A stretch of 40,263 bases of DNA from a virus (lineage: Duplodnaviria > Caudoviricetes): IMG/VR virus record IMGVR_UViG_3300036797_000049, positions 1 to 40,263 of that record; one strand, 5' to 3'. The notes beneath the pieces were generated by a model. The model had not been told where the DNA came from. It saw nothing but the letters and a program-made list of their open reading frames with translations, and did no database searches. The position numbers were made by a program, and so were the translations under genes. Shown here in pieces: positions 1 to 7,594 of the stretch. Numbering within the stretch: position 1 is the first letter of the stretch; each line of letters opens with the position of its first letter.

Positions 1-60
1 TGTGGGATTGTGTGGCCTGCTGGCTGTCGTCTCCATGTGGCATCCGCATCGCATCGGCGA

Positions 61-160
61 GACATCCGCAGGGCATTCGCAGGACATCCGCAGGGCATTC
101 GCAGGACAATCGCGCGCATCCCTTCGCAGGGCATTCGCAGGGCATTCGCGGCCGATTCGC
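61..160 (+). repeat. Tandem 11-bp repeat array, G(A/G)CAT(C/T)CGCAG
   Basis: gacatccgcag|ggcattcgcag|gacatccgcag|ggcattcgcag|gacaatcgcgc at 61-115, then ggcattcgcag|ggcattcgcgg at 130-151. Confidence 0.95.
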
Positions 161-202
161 TGTCAATAAATAATGCATTGCACATGCAGCAACATTTTTC
201 TG

Positions 203-231
203 TTGACACGTTCACCGGCCGATGTCATCTT
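203..231 (+). promoter_or_regulatory. Putative sigma70 early promoter
   Basis: Perfect TTGACA at 203-208, 17-bp spacer, TG-extended weak -10 (TGT-CATCTT, 223-231), with an AT-rich upstream tract. Confidence 0.55.
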
Positions 232-258
232 GTAGTTGCTTCACTGCTTCAACGATTC

Positions 259-276
259 TCGGGTTCGCCCGTACCT
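259..276 (+). repeat. 18-bp hairpin repeat copy 1 (TCGGGTTCGCCCGTACCT)
   Basis: Identical to copies at 1028, 1283 and 1529. CGGG-TTCG-CCCG stem-loop followed by a GGAG RBS and ATG at 298. Confidence 0.97.
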
Positions 277-297
277 CTGAATGGAGAAACAAAGCAA

Positions 298-993
298 ATG
301 GAAACCCTATTCGCACTCGAATCGCAGGCCATTAGCGCGACATCCGCAACGGCATCAAGCAACCTCACCTTCGAGTTTCCGCAACCTCTCACTGAAAAGT
401 ATCGTCCTGAAACGATCGATGCCTTTGTTGGTCTGGAGAAGCCGCGTCGCATATTCGCGAAGCTAGTCGCGAACCCGTACCCTTCAGCATGGCTTTTTGT
501 TGGTCCTTCTGGGACTGGTAAGACTACGCTTGCCATGGCGATCGCGGCCGCGATTCCGGCAGAGGTTCACCACATTCCCTCGCAAGAATGCAATCTCGAA
601 AACATCGAACGGGTTCGACGTACATGCCAATATGTACCGCGTCTCGGCTTCAAGATGCATCTCGTTCTGATCGACGAAGCCGATCGTATGACGGATGCGG
701 CGCAAGTCTCTCTTTTGTCTAAGCTTGATTCGACAAACTTTCCGCCTAACACAATTTTCATATTCACTTGCAACGGTACAGACCGCTTGGAACCTCGATT
801 CCTCTCACGTCTTCGTACGGTGGAGTTTTCCAGCTATGGAATCGCCAAGGAAGCGGCCGCACTACTGGCGCGCATCTGGGAAGCTGAAGCGAATGGCGCG
901 CCAGCTCCGAATTTTGCGCGCATCGTCAAAGAGTCGAATAACAACATTCGCGAATGCCTGATGCGCTTAGAAACGGAACTAATGTTGGCCTGA
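298..993 (+). CDS. Clamp-loader clade AAA+ ATPase (RFC-small/DnaX/RarA-like), lacking the C-terminal collar
   Basis: LTEKYRP N-terminal motif, Walker A GPSGTGKTT, Walker B VLIDEAD, SRL (SRC-like) arginine finger. Start reassigned to ATG 298 because of the GGAG RBS. Confidence 0.88.
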   Translation: METLFALESQAISATSATASSNLTFEFPQPLTEKYRPETIDAFVGLEKPRRIFAKLVANPYPSAWLFVGPSGTGKTTLAMAIAAAIPAEVHHIPSQECNLENIERVRRTCQYVPRLGFKMHLVLIDEADRMTDAAQVSLLSKLDSTNFPPNTIFIFTCNGTDRLEPRFLSRLRTVEFSSYGIAKEAAALLARIWEAEANGAPAPNFARIVKESNNNIRECLMRLETELMLA

Positions 994-1022
994 TTCGCAG
1001 GCCATTCGCAGGCCATTCGCAA
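990..1022 (+). repeat. Second 11-bp repeat array (3 units)
   Basis: ctgattcgcag|gccattcgcag|gccattcgcaa, same ATTCGCAG core as 61-160. Confidence 0.9.
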
Positions 1023-1025
1023 CTG

Positions 1026-1080
1026 AATCGGGTTCGCCCGTACCTTCTAAACGCACCGAAACAACAGGAGAAAAACAATG
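1026..1080 (+). repeat. Hairpin repeat copy 2 plus RBS module
   Basis: aatcgggttcgcccgtaccttctaa...acaacaggagaaaaacaATG, nearly identical to 1281-1335. Confidence 0.97.
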
Positions 1081-1281
1081 CAAGCACGTAACGCTATCAT
1101 GGTCGCTCAACTTGACATTTGCCAGCTCAGGATTCAGGTACTCATCGGACGCGCGCGAATGCTCACACAGCTTAGTCTCGACCTTTCGAATGCGTCCTAT
1201 CGTGATGCGCAACAGATCGAGATGCTGCACACTTACCTTCACCGGATCACCTACAAAAACTTCAACTCCAGCACCTTCTAA
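1078..1281 (+). CDS. Small hypothetical early protein (67 aa)
   Basis: Strong AGGAG RBS; bounded by repeat copies 2 and 3. Confidence 0.8.
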   Translation: MQARNAIMVAQLDICQLRIQVLIGRARMLTQLSLDLSNASYRDAQQIEMLHTYLHRITYKNFNSSTF

Positions 1282-1335
1282 ATCGGGTTCGCCCGTACCT
1301 TCTAACTCACCAGAACAACAGGAGAAAAAACAATG
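1281..1335 (+). repeat. Hairpin repeat copy 3 plus RBS module
   Basis: aatcgggttcgcccgtaccttctaactcaccagaacaacaggagaaaaaacaATG. Confidence 0.97.
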
Positions 1336-1527
1336 ATTGACACTTCCGCGCGCGATCGCATCCTTGCTATTCACGAAGCAATGACGAAGGTTTGGACACT
1401 CGTTCTTAACGTCGACGAGTTCGGCTTTGTCCCACCAGAGAGCGCGATCGAACTCGACCGCGCGCGCCGATGCATTGACACTGCACAATCACACCTTCAG
1501 AGTGCAGCATTCCCCACAATCAAGTAA
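1333..1527 (+). CDS. Small hypothetical early protein (64 aa)
   Basis: Strong AGGAG RBS; bounded by repeat copies 3 and 4. Confidence 0.8.
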   Translation: MIDTSARDRILAIHEAMTKVWTLVLNVDEFGFVPPESAIELDRARRCIDTAQSHLQSAAFPTIK

Positions 1528-1528
1528 A

Positions 1529-1546
1529 TCGGGTTCGCCCGTACCT
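1529..1546 (+). repeat. Hairpin repeat copy 4
   Basis: tcgggttcgcccgtacct directly after the TAA of the previous gene, followed by AGGAG and ATG 1564. Confidence 0.97.
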
Positions 1547-1563
1547 CGACAGGAGAAACAAAC

Positions 1564-2484
1564 ATGGCAGAGAAAACGCACATCTACGAAGTCATCACCG
1601 ATCGAATCATCTCCAGCTTAGAAAGCGGGGTGATTCCATGGCGGAAAGAATGGAAGACAACGGGCGAGGGATTCGGCGCAATGCCCGTAAACTTCGCCAC
1701 AAAGAAACCCTATCGCGGTATCAATGTCCTAACTCTGCTTTGCTCGGGTTACTCCTCGCGCTACTGGATGACCTACAAACAGGCTCAGGAGTTGGGTGGA
1801 CACGTTCGCAAGGGTGAAAAGGCTTCGCCCGTTGTCTTTTGGAAGTTTTCGAAAGAGACAGATAAAAAGACGGGTGAGGATAAAGAGTTCGCATTCGCGA
1901 AGCAATACAGCGTCTTCAACCTCGAGCAAATAGACGGACTCGAACAGGTCGACGGAGTTAAGCCGACACTTCCCTTTGATGCTCCACAATTCGACGCGAT
2001 CGCAGAGGCGGCCGCGATCGCCGACAAATACCTTACCAGCGCCAATCATCCGACACTCGGCCATGGCGGAAACAAAGCGTATTACTCACCGGGCGCCGAT
2101 CACGTTCAAATGCCAATACAAACGGCCTTTAGCACATCGGCCGCGTATTACTCCACTCTCTTCCATGAGTTCGCACACTCCACCGGAAACAAGTCGCGAC
2201 TCGATCGGGTGGAGCTGGTTAAGATGGCTGCATTAGGCGATGAGGATTACAGCAAAGAAGAGTTAGTCGCGGAGTTCACGGCCGCGTTTCTGTGCGCCGA
2301 GTCGGGATGCGCGAACGATGCGATTTTGACCAACGCGGCCGCGTACATACAAGGTTGGATGCGATCGCTAAAGAATGATCGGACGCTGGCGATCTCGGCC
2401 GCACAAAAGGCGCAACATGCGGCCGACTATATCCTCGATCGCAAGGCCTCGGCCGTCGCTACTGAAACGGAGGTGACAGCGTGA
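1564..2484 (+). CDS. ardC: ArdC-family antirestriction / ssDNA-binding protein with zincin-like domain
   Basis: ITDRII..LE.G..PW.K.W, Y.GIN...L, W.TYKQAQELGG.VRKGEK, YYSTLFHEFAHSTG (HExxH) and YSKEELVAE motifs. Confidence 0.93.
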   Translation: MAEKTHIYEVITDRIISSLESGVIPWRKEWKTTGEGFGAMPVNFATKKPYRGINVLTLLCSGYSSRYWMTYKQAQELGGHVRKGEKASPVVFWKFSKETDKKTGEDKEFAFAKQYSVFNLEQIDGLEQVDGVKPTLPFDAPQFDAIAEAAAIADKYLTSANHPTLGHGGNKAYYSPGADHVQMPIQTAFSTSAAYYSTLFHEFAHSTGNKSRLDRVELVKMAALGDEDYSKEELVAEFTAAFLCAESGCANDAILTNAAAYIQGWMRSLKNDRTLAISAAQKAQHAADYILDRKASAVATETEVTA

Positions 2485-3374
2485 GAGGCATCCCGTACAC
2501 ACCTCAAAGCGTCGATCTCTTCGGTAGCGTGGCCGTCGATATGGTCGCCATGCAACAGTCTTACAGCGCCGACACAATAGGGATGCATGGCAAGATTCGC
2601 AAGCCTTTCAAGATGGACGGCGCTGAATGGACCTCGACAGGTTCGTGCGGTTCTGGTGCTGGCGATCGCATCCATTCCATCTATCGCCTGTGCTCACTGC
2701 CAGAATTTAGCGGTAAGCCGACAACCTACAAAGAAAAGATTCACGGCGATGGCAACCATGGGGAATCAGCACGGAAAGACCCCAACGGTTTCTATCACGG
2801 CATGACGGTCCACCATGGCGGGAAGTGTTACGTCATCACCGGGCCGGAATATTCGATCGAAAGCAGTCCAGAAGACTATCAGGACTATTTGCGCGCAACC
2901 TACCACACCGATCGCAAAGAAGACGAAGACGCGATCGCGGATGAGTACGACGATGACGACGACGATCTCGAGCTGGACGACGACGACGATCTCGAGCTGG
3001 AGGATGACGACGACGAAGACAGCTACACCGGCGCGCGAGATCCTCGCAATGATCGACCTAACACTGATCTAACAGACGAAGACGACGAAGACGATTACAA
3101 TGGCGAACCGATCGACGACGACGACTTTATCGACGAGACTCGCATCGCGGTCGCGATCGCGCGGCTCACCAGCTCGACACTCTGCAAGTGTGGCCACGCG
3201 GAAAAAGATCACTTCAACACGGATGAATGCGGTTGCCACTGGTCAGAAGGTAGCGGCAAACATTACCGCAATTGCGAATGTGACGCCTTTGAACCTGCTG
3301 ACGAATCGCCTGCTATTTCTGATTACATCCCCCACGAACCTACGCAGCTCGGCCTCTTCGGAGGCGCGCTGTGA
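2481..3374 (+). CDS. Hypothetical protein with long Asp/Glu tract and C-terminal Cys/His cluster
   Basis: GTG overlaps the ardC stop with a GGAGG RBS; DDDDDDLELDDDDDLELEDDDDED tract; CKCGH...H...CGC...CEC cluster. Confidence 0.8.
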   Translation: MRGIPYTPQSVDLFGSVAVDMVAMQQSYSADTIGMHGKIRKPFKMDGAEWTSTGSCGSGAGDRIHSIYRLCSLPEFSGKPTTYKEKIHGDGNHGESARKDPNGFYHGMTVHHGGKCYVITGPEYSIESSPEDYQDYLRATYHTDRKEDEDAIADEYDDDDDDLELDDDDDLELEDDDDEDSYTGARDPRNDRPNTDLTDEDDEDDYNGEPIDDDDFIDETRIAVAIARLTSSTLCKCGHAEKDHFNTDECGCHWSEGSGKHYRNCECDAFEPADESPAISDYIPHEPTQLGLFGGAL

Positions 3375-3406
3375 GCCCAAAACCCTTTCACCCTTTGGAG
3401 GATTCA

Positions 3407-3682
3407 ATGCCTCAGCTTGTAGCCCTTCCGCCTGCCGCGACCGATCATTCCACCCTTTGGGACACTAACCCGGTACTCGCCGCACACTGCGATCTGGTGG
3501 ATGCCTCCACCAGTCTTCGCATCATGCTCCTGGCCGCTCGATCGCAAAAGCGGCTTCACTTCGCGGCCGAACTCGAGCGCGTCATCCAGACGACCGACCG
3601 CGTTAAGTCCTACCTGCGCACTCAGGTACGCGCCAGCTCTACACCCATGGAGTCCACCGATGACACAAGCAGAACAGCCTAA
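3407..3682 (+). CDS. Hypothetical protein
   Basis: GGAGG RBS before ATG 3407; alternative GTG start at 3371. Confidence 0.65.
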   Translation: MPQLVALPPAATDHSTLWDTNPVLAAHCDLVDASTSLRIMLLAARSQKRLHFAAELERVIQTTDRVKSYLRTQVRASSTPMESTDDTSRTA

Positions 3683-3821
3683 GCCGCATAAGTTCGTCGC
3701 GATCGACCGCAACGTGATGCGCGGCAAAGATGAAGCGATCGCGCGCGCTGTCACTCACAACATGGCCAAGCGCATCGCTAACGCCCTCAACCGCTACACT
3801 CCCAACGCGAAAGGATACTGA
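3660..3821 (+). CDS. Small basic hypothetical protein (53 aa)
   Basis: GGAG RBS before ATG 3660 within ORF 3501..3821; fills the operon. Confidence 0.65.
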   Translation: MTQAEQPKPHKFVAIDRNVMRGKDEAIARAVTHNMAKRIANALNRYTPNAKGY

Positions 3822-3826
3822 TTCCA

Positions 3827-4132
3827 ATGCAAAACACTTACCGCAAGCTGAACGCCTCCGCAATTCTCCGAACGGCACGCATCGCAGTGATGAAAGCAGG
3901 CAACGCCGAAATAGTTGTAAATGTGCCAGGACGCGAAGACTTCGTGATTGCGATGCTCGGACAGCGCGAAGATGGATGGGGCGGGGCGATCTCCGACGCG
4001 CTTGTGCTCTCCGATGTCGAGGGTGTCATCTGCCGAATGGCGACGACACGCGCCAGTCTCGCGAGGCTCGAGGAGTTGACCAAGGAATGCGAACTGCAGC
4101 AGGCCGCTGAAAACACGGCGAAAGGATACTGA
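3827..4132 (+). CDS. Hypothetical protein flanked by a 16-bp direct repeat
   Basis: AAAGGA RBS; GCGAAAGGATACTGAT at 3807-3822 and 4118-4133. Confidence 0.75.
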   Translation: MQNTYRKLNASAILRTARIAVMKAGNAEIVVNVPGREDFVIAMLGQREDGWGGAISDALVLSDVEGVICRMATTRASLARLEELTKECELQQAAENTAKGY

Positions 4133-4614
4133 TGTCGACGCTGGTTATTGTTCCCTGTGGTCAACAGAAGGTATGGGATAAAAACTTTATGCTGCCGCCG
4201 ACCTCGGCGCAGGATGCTTACACGTCGACACTCTTCCGGCTGCATCGCAGGTTCGCAGAGTCGCGCGGCGCGTGCTGGTGGATTCTATCGGCAAAGTATG
4301 GTTGGCTCTGGCCTGATACACCGATCGAAGACTATGACCGAAAGTTTACGGCCGATCAGCTCAACCAAGTTTGCAGCCTGACGCGCGACTTCGATCATCT
4401 TCGATGGAGTAACCGGGCCGCTGCCATGCTGAGCACCTACCGCGATCGGACGGGCATCCGCATCGACCGCGTCGTCCTCCTGGGCGGATGGCTGTATCGC
4501 GAGGTTGCTAAAAGAGAGCTGCGCAATCTGGGCCTGACGATCGAGGAACCCTTCGCAGGCCTCGACCTATTCCAGACGATGAAGGCGCTTAAAGGGGCTC
4601 AACTCTCCAACTAA
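4132..4614 (+). CDS. DUF6884-like protein
   Basis: LVIVPCG..K.W, A.DAYTS.LF and W.ILSAKYG.L.PD..IEDYD motifs typical of DUF6884. Confidence 0.75.
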   Translation: MSTLVIVPCGQQKVWDKNFMLPPTSAQDAYTSTLFRLHRRFAESRGACWWILSAKYGWLWPDTPIEDYDRKFTADQLNQVCSLTRDFDHLRWSNRAAAMLSTYRDRTGIRIDRVVLLGGWLYREVAKRELRNLGLTIEEPFAGLDLFQTMKALKGAQLSN

Positions 4615-4627
4615 AACCAGTACACGC

Positions 4628-4670
4628 AAAACGGCGGCGAATCTCATGCGGATTCGCCGCCTTTGTGTTT
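4628..4670. terminator. Intrinsic terminator, probably bidirectional
   Basis: 11-bp stem ggcggcgaatc/gattcgccgcc (4633-4661), followed by tttgtgttt and preceded by aaaa; sits between convergent operons. Confidence 0.85.
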
Positions 4671-4723
4671 CGTGGGGTGGGCTGTATTGCTAAATTAACA
4701 GCCGATCCGCGCAGCGTGCAAGT

Positions 4724-5383
4724 CTACCTCCTAGGCAGATAACGAAGGTGCTCCAACGTCGCGCGCTTCAGCTCTGCGATCGCGGCCGGTCCCTCCTTCT
4801 CGGCCTCCTCGGTGAGATTGTGATAGCCGCTCTCGATCGACCGCACAACCTCCTCGCGGATCGCTGGCCTTCCCTCTGAAAACCACTCCCACCTAAACGG
4901 GTTGCCAAGCTTCCAGAGGACGCCTCTGCCGACGTGGATAACATCGAATCGCTTCGTATACCACACCAGCGAAACGCCGGGATTACGCGCCAAGGGGATT
5001 CCCGGCGCGTTGTTCTCTAACCAGTCCGGCATCCCATCCTCGCGCCGTTTCATATGTGGCTTGGTAAGAAACGGGCAATTCTGAGCCGACCATACCGCAC
5101 ACTCGCGATGTGAGGGCGGCTCTGAGCTGACGCGGTTGATCGCGCACATCGGGCCGATCACGAAAACCTTCTCCTCGAATAGCTTTTGACCACACACCCA
5201 ACAAAGGTTTTTGCGGACACACGCGACGATGTGATCGGTATTCGCGACGCGAAAATCGAGCACTCCCTTGTTGTGGCCAACAAAGCAGGGTATGGGATAG
5301 CCGCGCTCGTCGACGGGCAAGGCTGCGATGCGCGGCGGCGGCGGCGTCAATCCCTGACGCAGGGCATAGGGGCATGCACTCAA
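4724..5383 (-). CDS. Conserved-type phage hypothetical protein, Cys/His rich
   Basis: RGYPIP, CWVCG, GPMC and EPPSHRECA...CPFL motifs; TTG start overlaps the upstream TGA. Confidence 0.8.
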   Translation of the reverse strand: MSACPYALRQGLTPPPPRIAALPVDERGYPIPCFVGHNKGVLDFRVANTDHIVACVRKNLCWVCGQKLFEEKVFVIGPMCAINRVSSEPPSHRECAVWSAQNCPFLTKPHMKRREDGMPDWLENNAPGIPLARNPGVSLVWYTKRFDVIHVGRGVLWKLGNPFRWEWFSEGRPAIREEVVRSIESGYHNLTEEAEKEGPAAIAELKRATLEHLRYLPRR

Positions 5384-5601
5384 AGCCACACCTCCACGAT
5401 CGCCGGGTCGTCGGCCTCGTGCCGATCGATCTGATGAAAGAAGGGCGGCACCAACTTGCGCGCTTCCTCGAGGCTCGGGGCCGTGTTGAAGATATTCGTT
5501 GGCTTCCCCACCTCGCCGGCGATCTCCCACTTGCGGACGACGAAGCAATCGGGATAGTCGCGCGGGTGGTCATAGATCACATACATGCTTAGATCGCTCA
5601 A
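5380..5601 (-). CDS. Small hypothetical protein (YDHP.DYP type)
   Basis: YVIYDHPRDYPDCFVVR...DDPAIVEVWL; translationally coupled on both sides. Confidence 0.75.
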   Translation of the reverse strand: MSDLSMYVIYDHPRDYPDCFVVRKWEIAGEVGKPTNIFNTAPSLEEARKLVPPFFHQIDRHEADDPAIVEVWL

Positions 5602-5903
5602 GCGGTTCCACCCTTCGTAAAAAAGCACCGCGCACAACACTTCTTGATGGTTGGATCGCTGGCCAGTATCCGGCGATCGCGCGGGTCGAGTGCCAGGTCT
5701 CCGCTGCACACATCGCAGGAGTCGCGCGTCGCGTCCGAATGCGGATGAGGCCATAGGCCGCCGAGGACGAAGCGGCCGAGATCCTTAACGGCCGGGTTAT
5801 AGGTCGGCAGGTCGCTCCACGTACCGGCCTCCGAATTGAGTCTTGCACCCATTCCCTGCGGTTCGGCGATGCCGATCGCCTCCAGTAAATCTCTAATACT
5901 CAT
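5598..5903 (-). CDS. Hypothetical protein with two CxxC pairs
   Basis: ATGA overlap with the loader gene; CDVC and CARC. Confidence 0.7.
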   Translation of the reverse strand: MSIRDLLEAIGIAEPQGMGARLNSEAGTWSDLPTYNPAVKDLGRFVLGGLWPHPHSDATRDSCDVCSGDLALDPRDRRILASDPTIKKCCARCFFTKGGTA

Positions 5904-6730
5904 CGCCGCCCTTTCTTGGCCCGATAGTCCTCGCCGCTCATCTCCACTACTAAACACATCTCCTGCAACCTCGAGTGCATGCGCGCGCCGATCCGATCGC
6001 CAAGCGTCTCGCCGCGTGCCGCTGCCACCGCTCGGCCGTAGTCGAGCGCCGCGCCGTCGAGCTGGTTGCCACCGGGCGGCAGGTTCGGCAGGTTCGTCGT
6101 TATGATCGTGCTCTTGTTGTCGTTGTACCGGCCGTTGATGATGCGTTCCACCGCGTCGAAAGTCCAGTCCGTCGCCTGCACCGCTCCAAGCTCGTCGAGC
6201 ACCAGGACGTCGGCCGCGAAAACTGGATCCAGAATCTCGGCCTCGGTCACGCTCTTGTCGCTGAACGTCCGCTTGATCTGGTTTAGCAGGTCGCGGAAGT
6301 CGCAGAACCGGCCGCGCGCTCCCTTGTGCATCACCAGCTCGCGAAGGATGCCAACCGCTAGATGCGTCTTCCCTACGCCTACGGTCCCCACCATGAGCAC
6401 GCCACGGCCGCGGGTGCCGACAGGGTACTCCGCGACGTATCGGCGCGCTGTAGCCAATCCTCGCGCGAGGGACGGGTGTCCTCCCATTGCGTCGTAACTG
6501 TCAAGCGTCTTCTCTCGGTATCGCTCGGGAACCTGGGCGCGCCTCAGATGCCCGTCGACGCGCCTCCGGATAAGACAAATGCAGTCCTTCATGTAACGGT
6601 GGCCACCCTCCTCCACCGCTACCATGCCAACGCCTCCGCAACCGCACTCCATCGCGATCGGGTCGGCCGGGGCCTCTGCCATTTGCGGGATAATCTTCTG
6701 AAATTCCTCTTCTAGTCGGGCTCTCTTCAT
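5900..6730 (-). CDS. DnaC/IstB-like ATPase (helicase loader)
   Basis: N-terminal Cys cluster, Walker A GTVGVGKTHLA, LVLDELG, RYN..K.TIITTN and RM.SRL.EM. Start reassigned to ATG 6730 (coupled to the upstream stop). Confidence 0.92.
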   Translation of the reverse strand: MKRARLEEEFQKIIPQMAEAPADPIAMECGCGGVGMVAVEEGGHRYMKDCICLIRRRVDGHLRRAQVPERYREKTLDSYDAMGGHPSLARGLATARRYVAEYPVGTRGRGVLMVGTVGVGKTHLAVGILRELVMHKGARGRFCDFRDLLNQIKRTFSDKSVTEAEILDPVFAADVLVLDELGAVQATDWTFDAVERIINGRYNDNKSTIITTNLPNLPPGGNQLDGAALDYGRAVAAARGETLGDRIGARMHSRLQEMCLVVEMSGEDYRAKKGRR

Positions 6731-6924
6731 CGGCGCGCTCTCCTTTTCAGCTCTGCTACCTTCTTCGCCTGCTTGTCTTTCTCCTTCTTCGCGGCCGCGA
6801 CCTTCTCGGCCTCGAGCATCAGGACGTGACGCGGGCAATAGCCGGAATCGTTGGCCAGCGTCTTGCACCATTCAACTGGCTGCAACTTCGAATTTTTTCG
6901 GATGTACTTGCATGGCGTGCTCAC
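6727..6924 (-). CDS. Small Cys/His, basic protein
   Basis: C...C...CPRH followed by a Lys-rich tail; coupled in the operon. Confidence 0.7.
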   Translation of the reverse strand: MSTPCKYIRKNSKLQPVEWCKTLANDSGYCPRHVLMLEAEKVAAAKKEKDKQAKKVAELKRRARR

Positions 6925-7214
6925 TTCCGAACCTCGACGCTTTCGACGATAAAGGTGTTTCCGAGGTTCGGCGCGATATAGACCGACTCCTTACACCCTG
7001 CGAGAATGCAGCGCGCCAGGACTCCACCGGCCTCGGTGATCGTGATCTCGCTCCGGTCAATGTCTAGGATGTGGACGTGCGGAGGAGTCGGGGCGACCGG
7101 ATCGGGGCGGTCCTGCTTCTTCGCCTGCCGTTTCTTGAGCTGATGGCCGACGAAGCCGCAGAGGGGGAACCAAAGCACCAAAAACGCTATGCACAAAAGG
7201 CCGGCAATGTTCAT
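6921..7214 (-). CDS. Hypothetical membrane-anchored protein
   Basis: N-terminal hydrophobic helix followed by a basic patch. Confidence 0.7.
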   Translation of the reverse strand: MNIAGLLCIAFLVLWFPLCGFVGHQLKKRQAKKQDRPDPVAPTPPHVHILDIDRSEITITEAGGVLARCILAGCKESVYIAPNLGNTFIVESVEVRK

Positions 7215-7594
7215 TTTTTCTCTCTCGTCGTGGGATGGATGGGACGGTACAGCTTTACCTCTTCGTAACCGATCATGTGGGGAACCTTATCCCCTGGTGA
7301 CTTCATTCTTCTCAGGACATCACCCAAGAAGGTGTTGGATACATCGAGCATTAGCGCGAACTCTCTAAGACTTCGGCCTTTGCGCTTCGACTCGAGTAGG
7401 TCGACCAGCTCGAACTCGGTCAACCATTCGTCTCGATCCGCCTGGGGGATGCTTGCGTGTGTGTTGTTTCGTGTTGGCATCTCGTCCTCTCTGGCATATC
7501 TGCGTTTTCCATCGCAATGGAGGCATGGACAGGTTTCGGGCGTGAGCGGGGGGATGTCAATCCCCCCTTCGCGCGTCGCTTCATCGGTCGGCAT
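7211..7594 (-). CDS. Putative HTH DNA-binding protein
   Basis: SLREFALMLDVSNTFLGDVLR resembles an XRE-type helix-turn-helix. Confidence 0.65.
   Translation of the reverse strand: MPTDEATREGGIDIPPLTPETCPCLHCDGKRRYAREDEMPTRNNTHASIPQADRDEWLTEFELVDLLESKRKGRSLREFALMLDVSNTFLGDVLRRMKSPGDKVPHMIGYEEVKLYRPIHPTTREKK

Noticed and set aside
10-297. N-terminal 96 aa of ORF 10..993
   Set aside because: It reads through the repeat array and promoter; RBS and homology start at ATG 298.
259-1546. The four 18-bp repeats as a CRISPR array
   Set aside because: Intervals are roughly 230-750 bp and contain whole genes; the repeat is short, resembles no CRISPR repeat I recognise, and no cas genes are present.
259-1546. 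Hairpins as N4-type virion RNA polymerase promoters or integron attC sites
   Set aside because: No virion RNAP or integron integrase is encoded; the stem is only 4 bp and lacks attC RYYYAAC/GTTRRRY ends.
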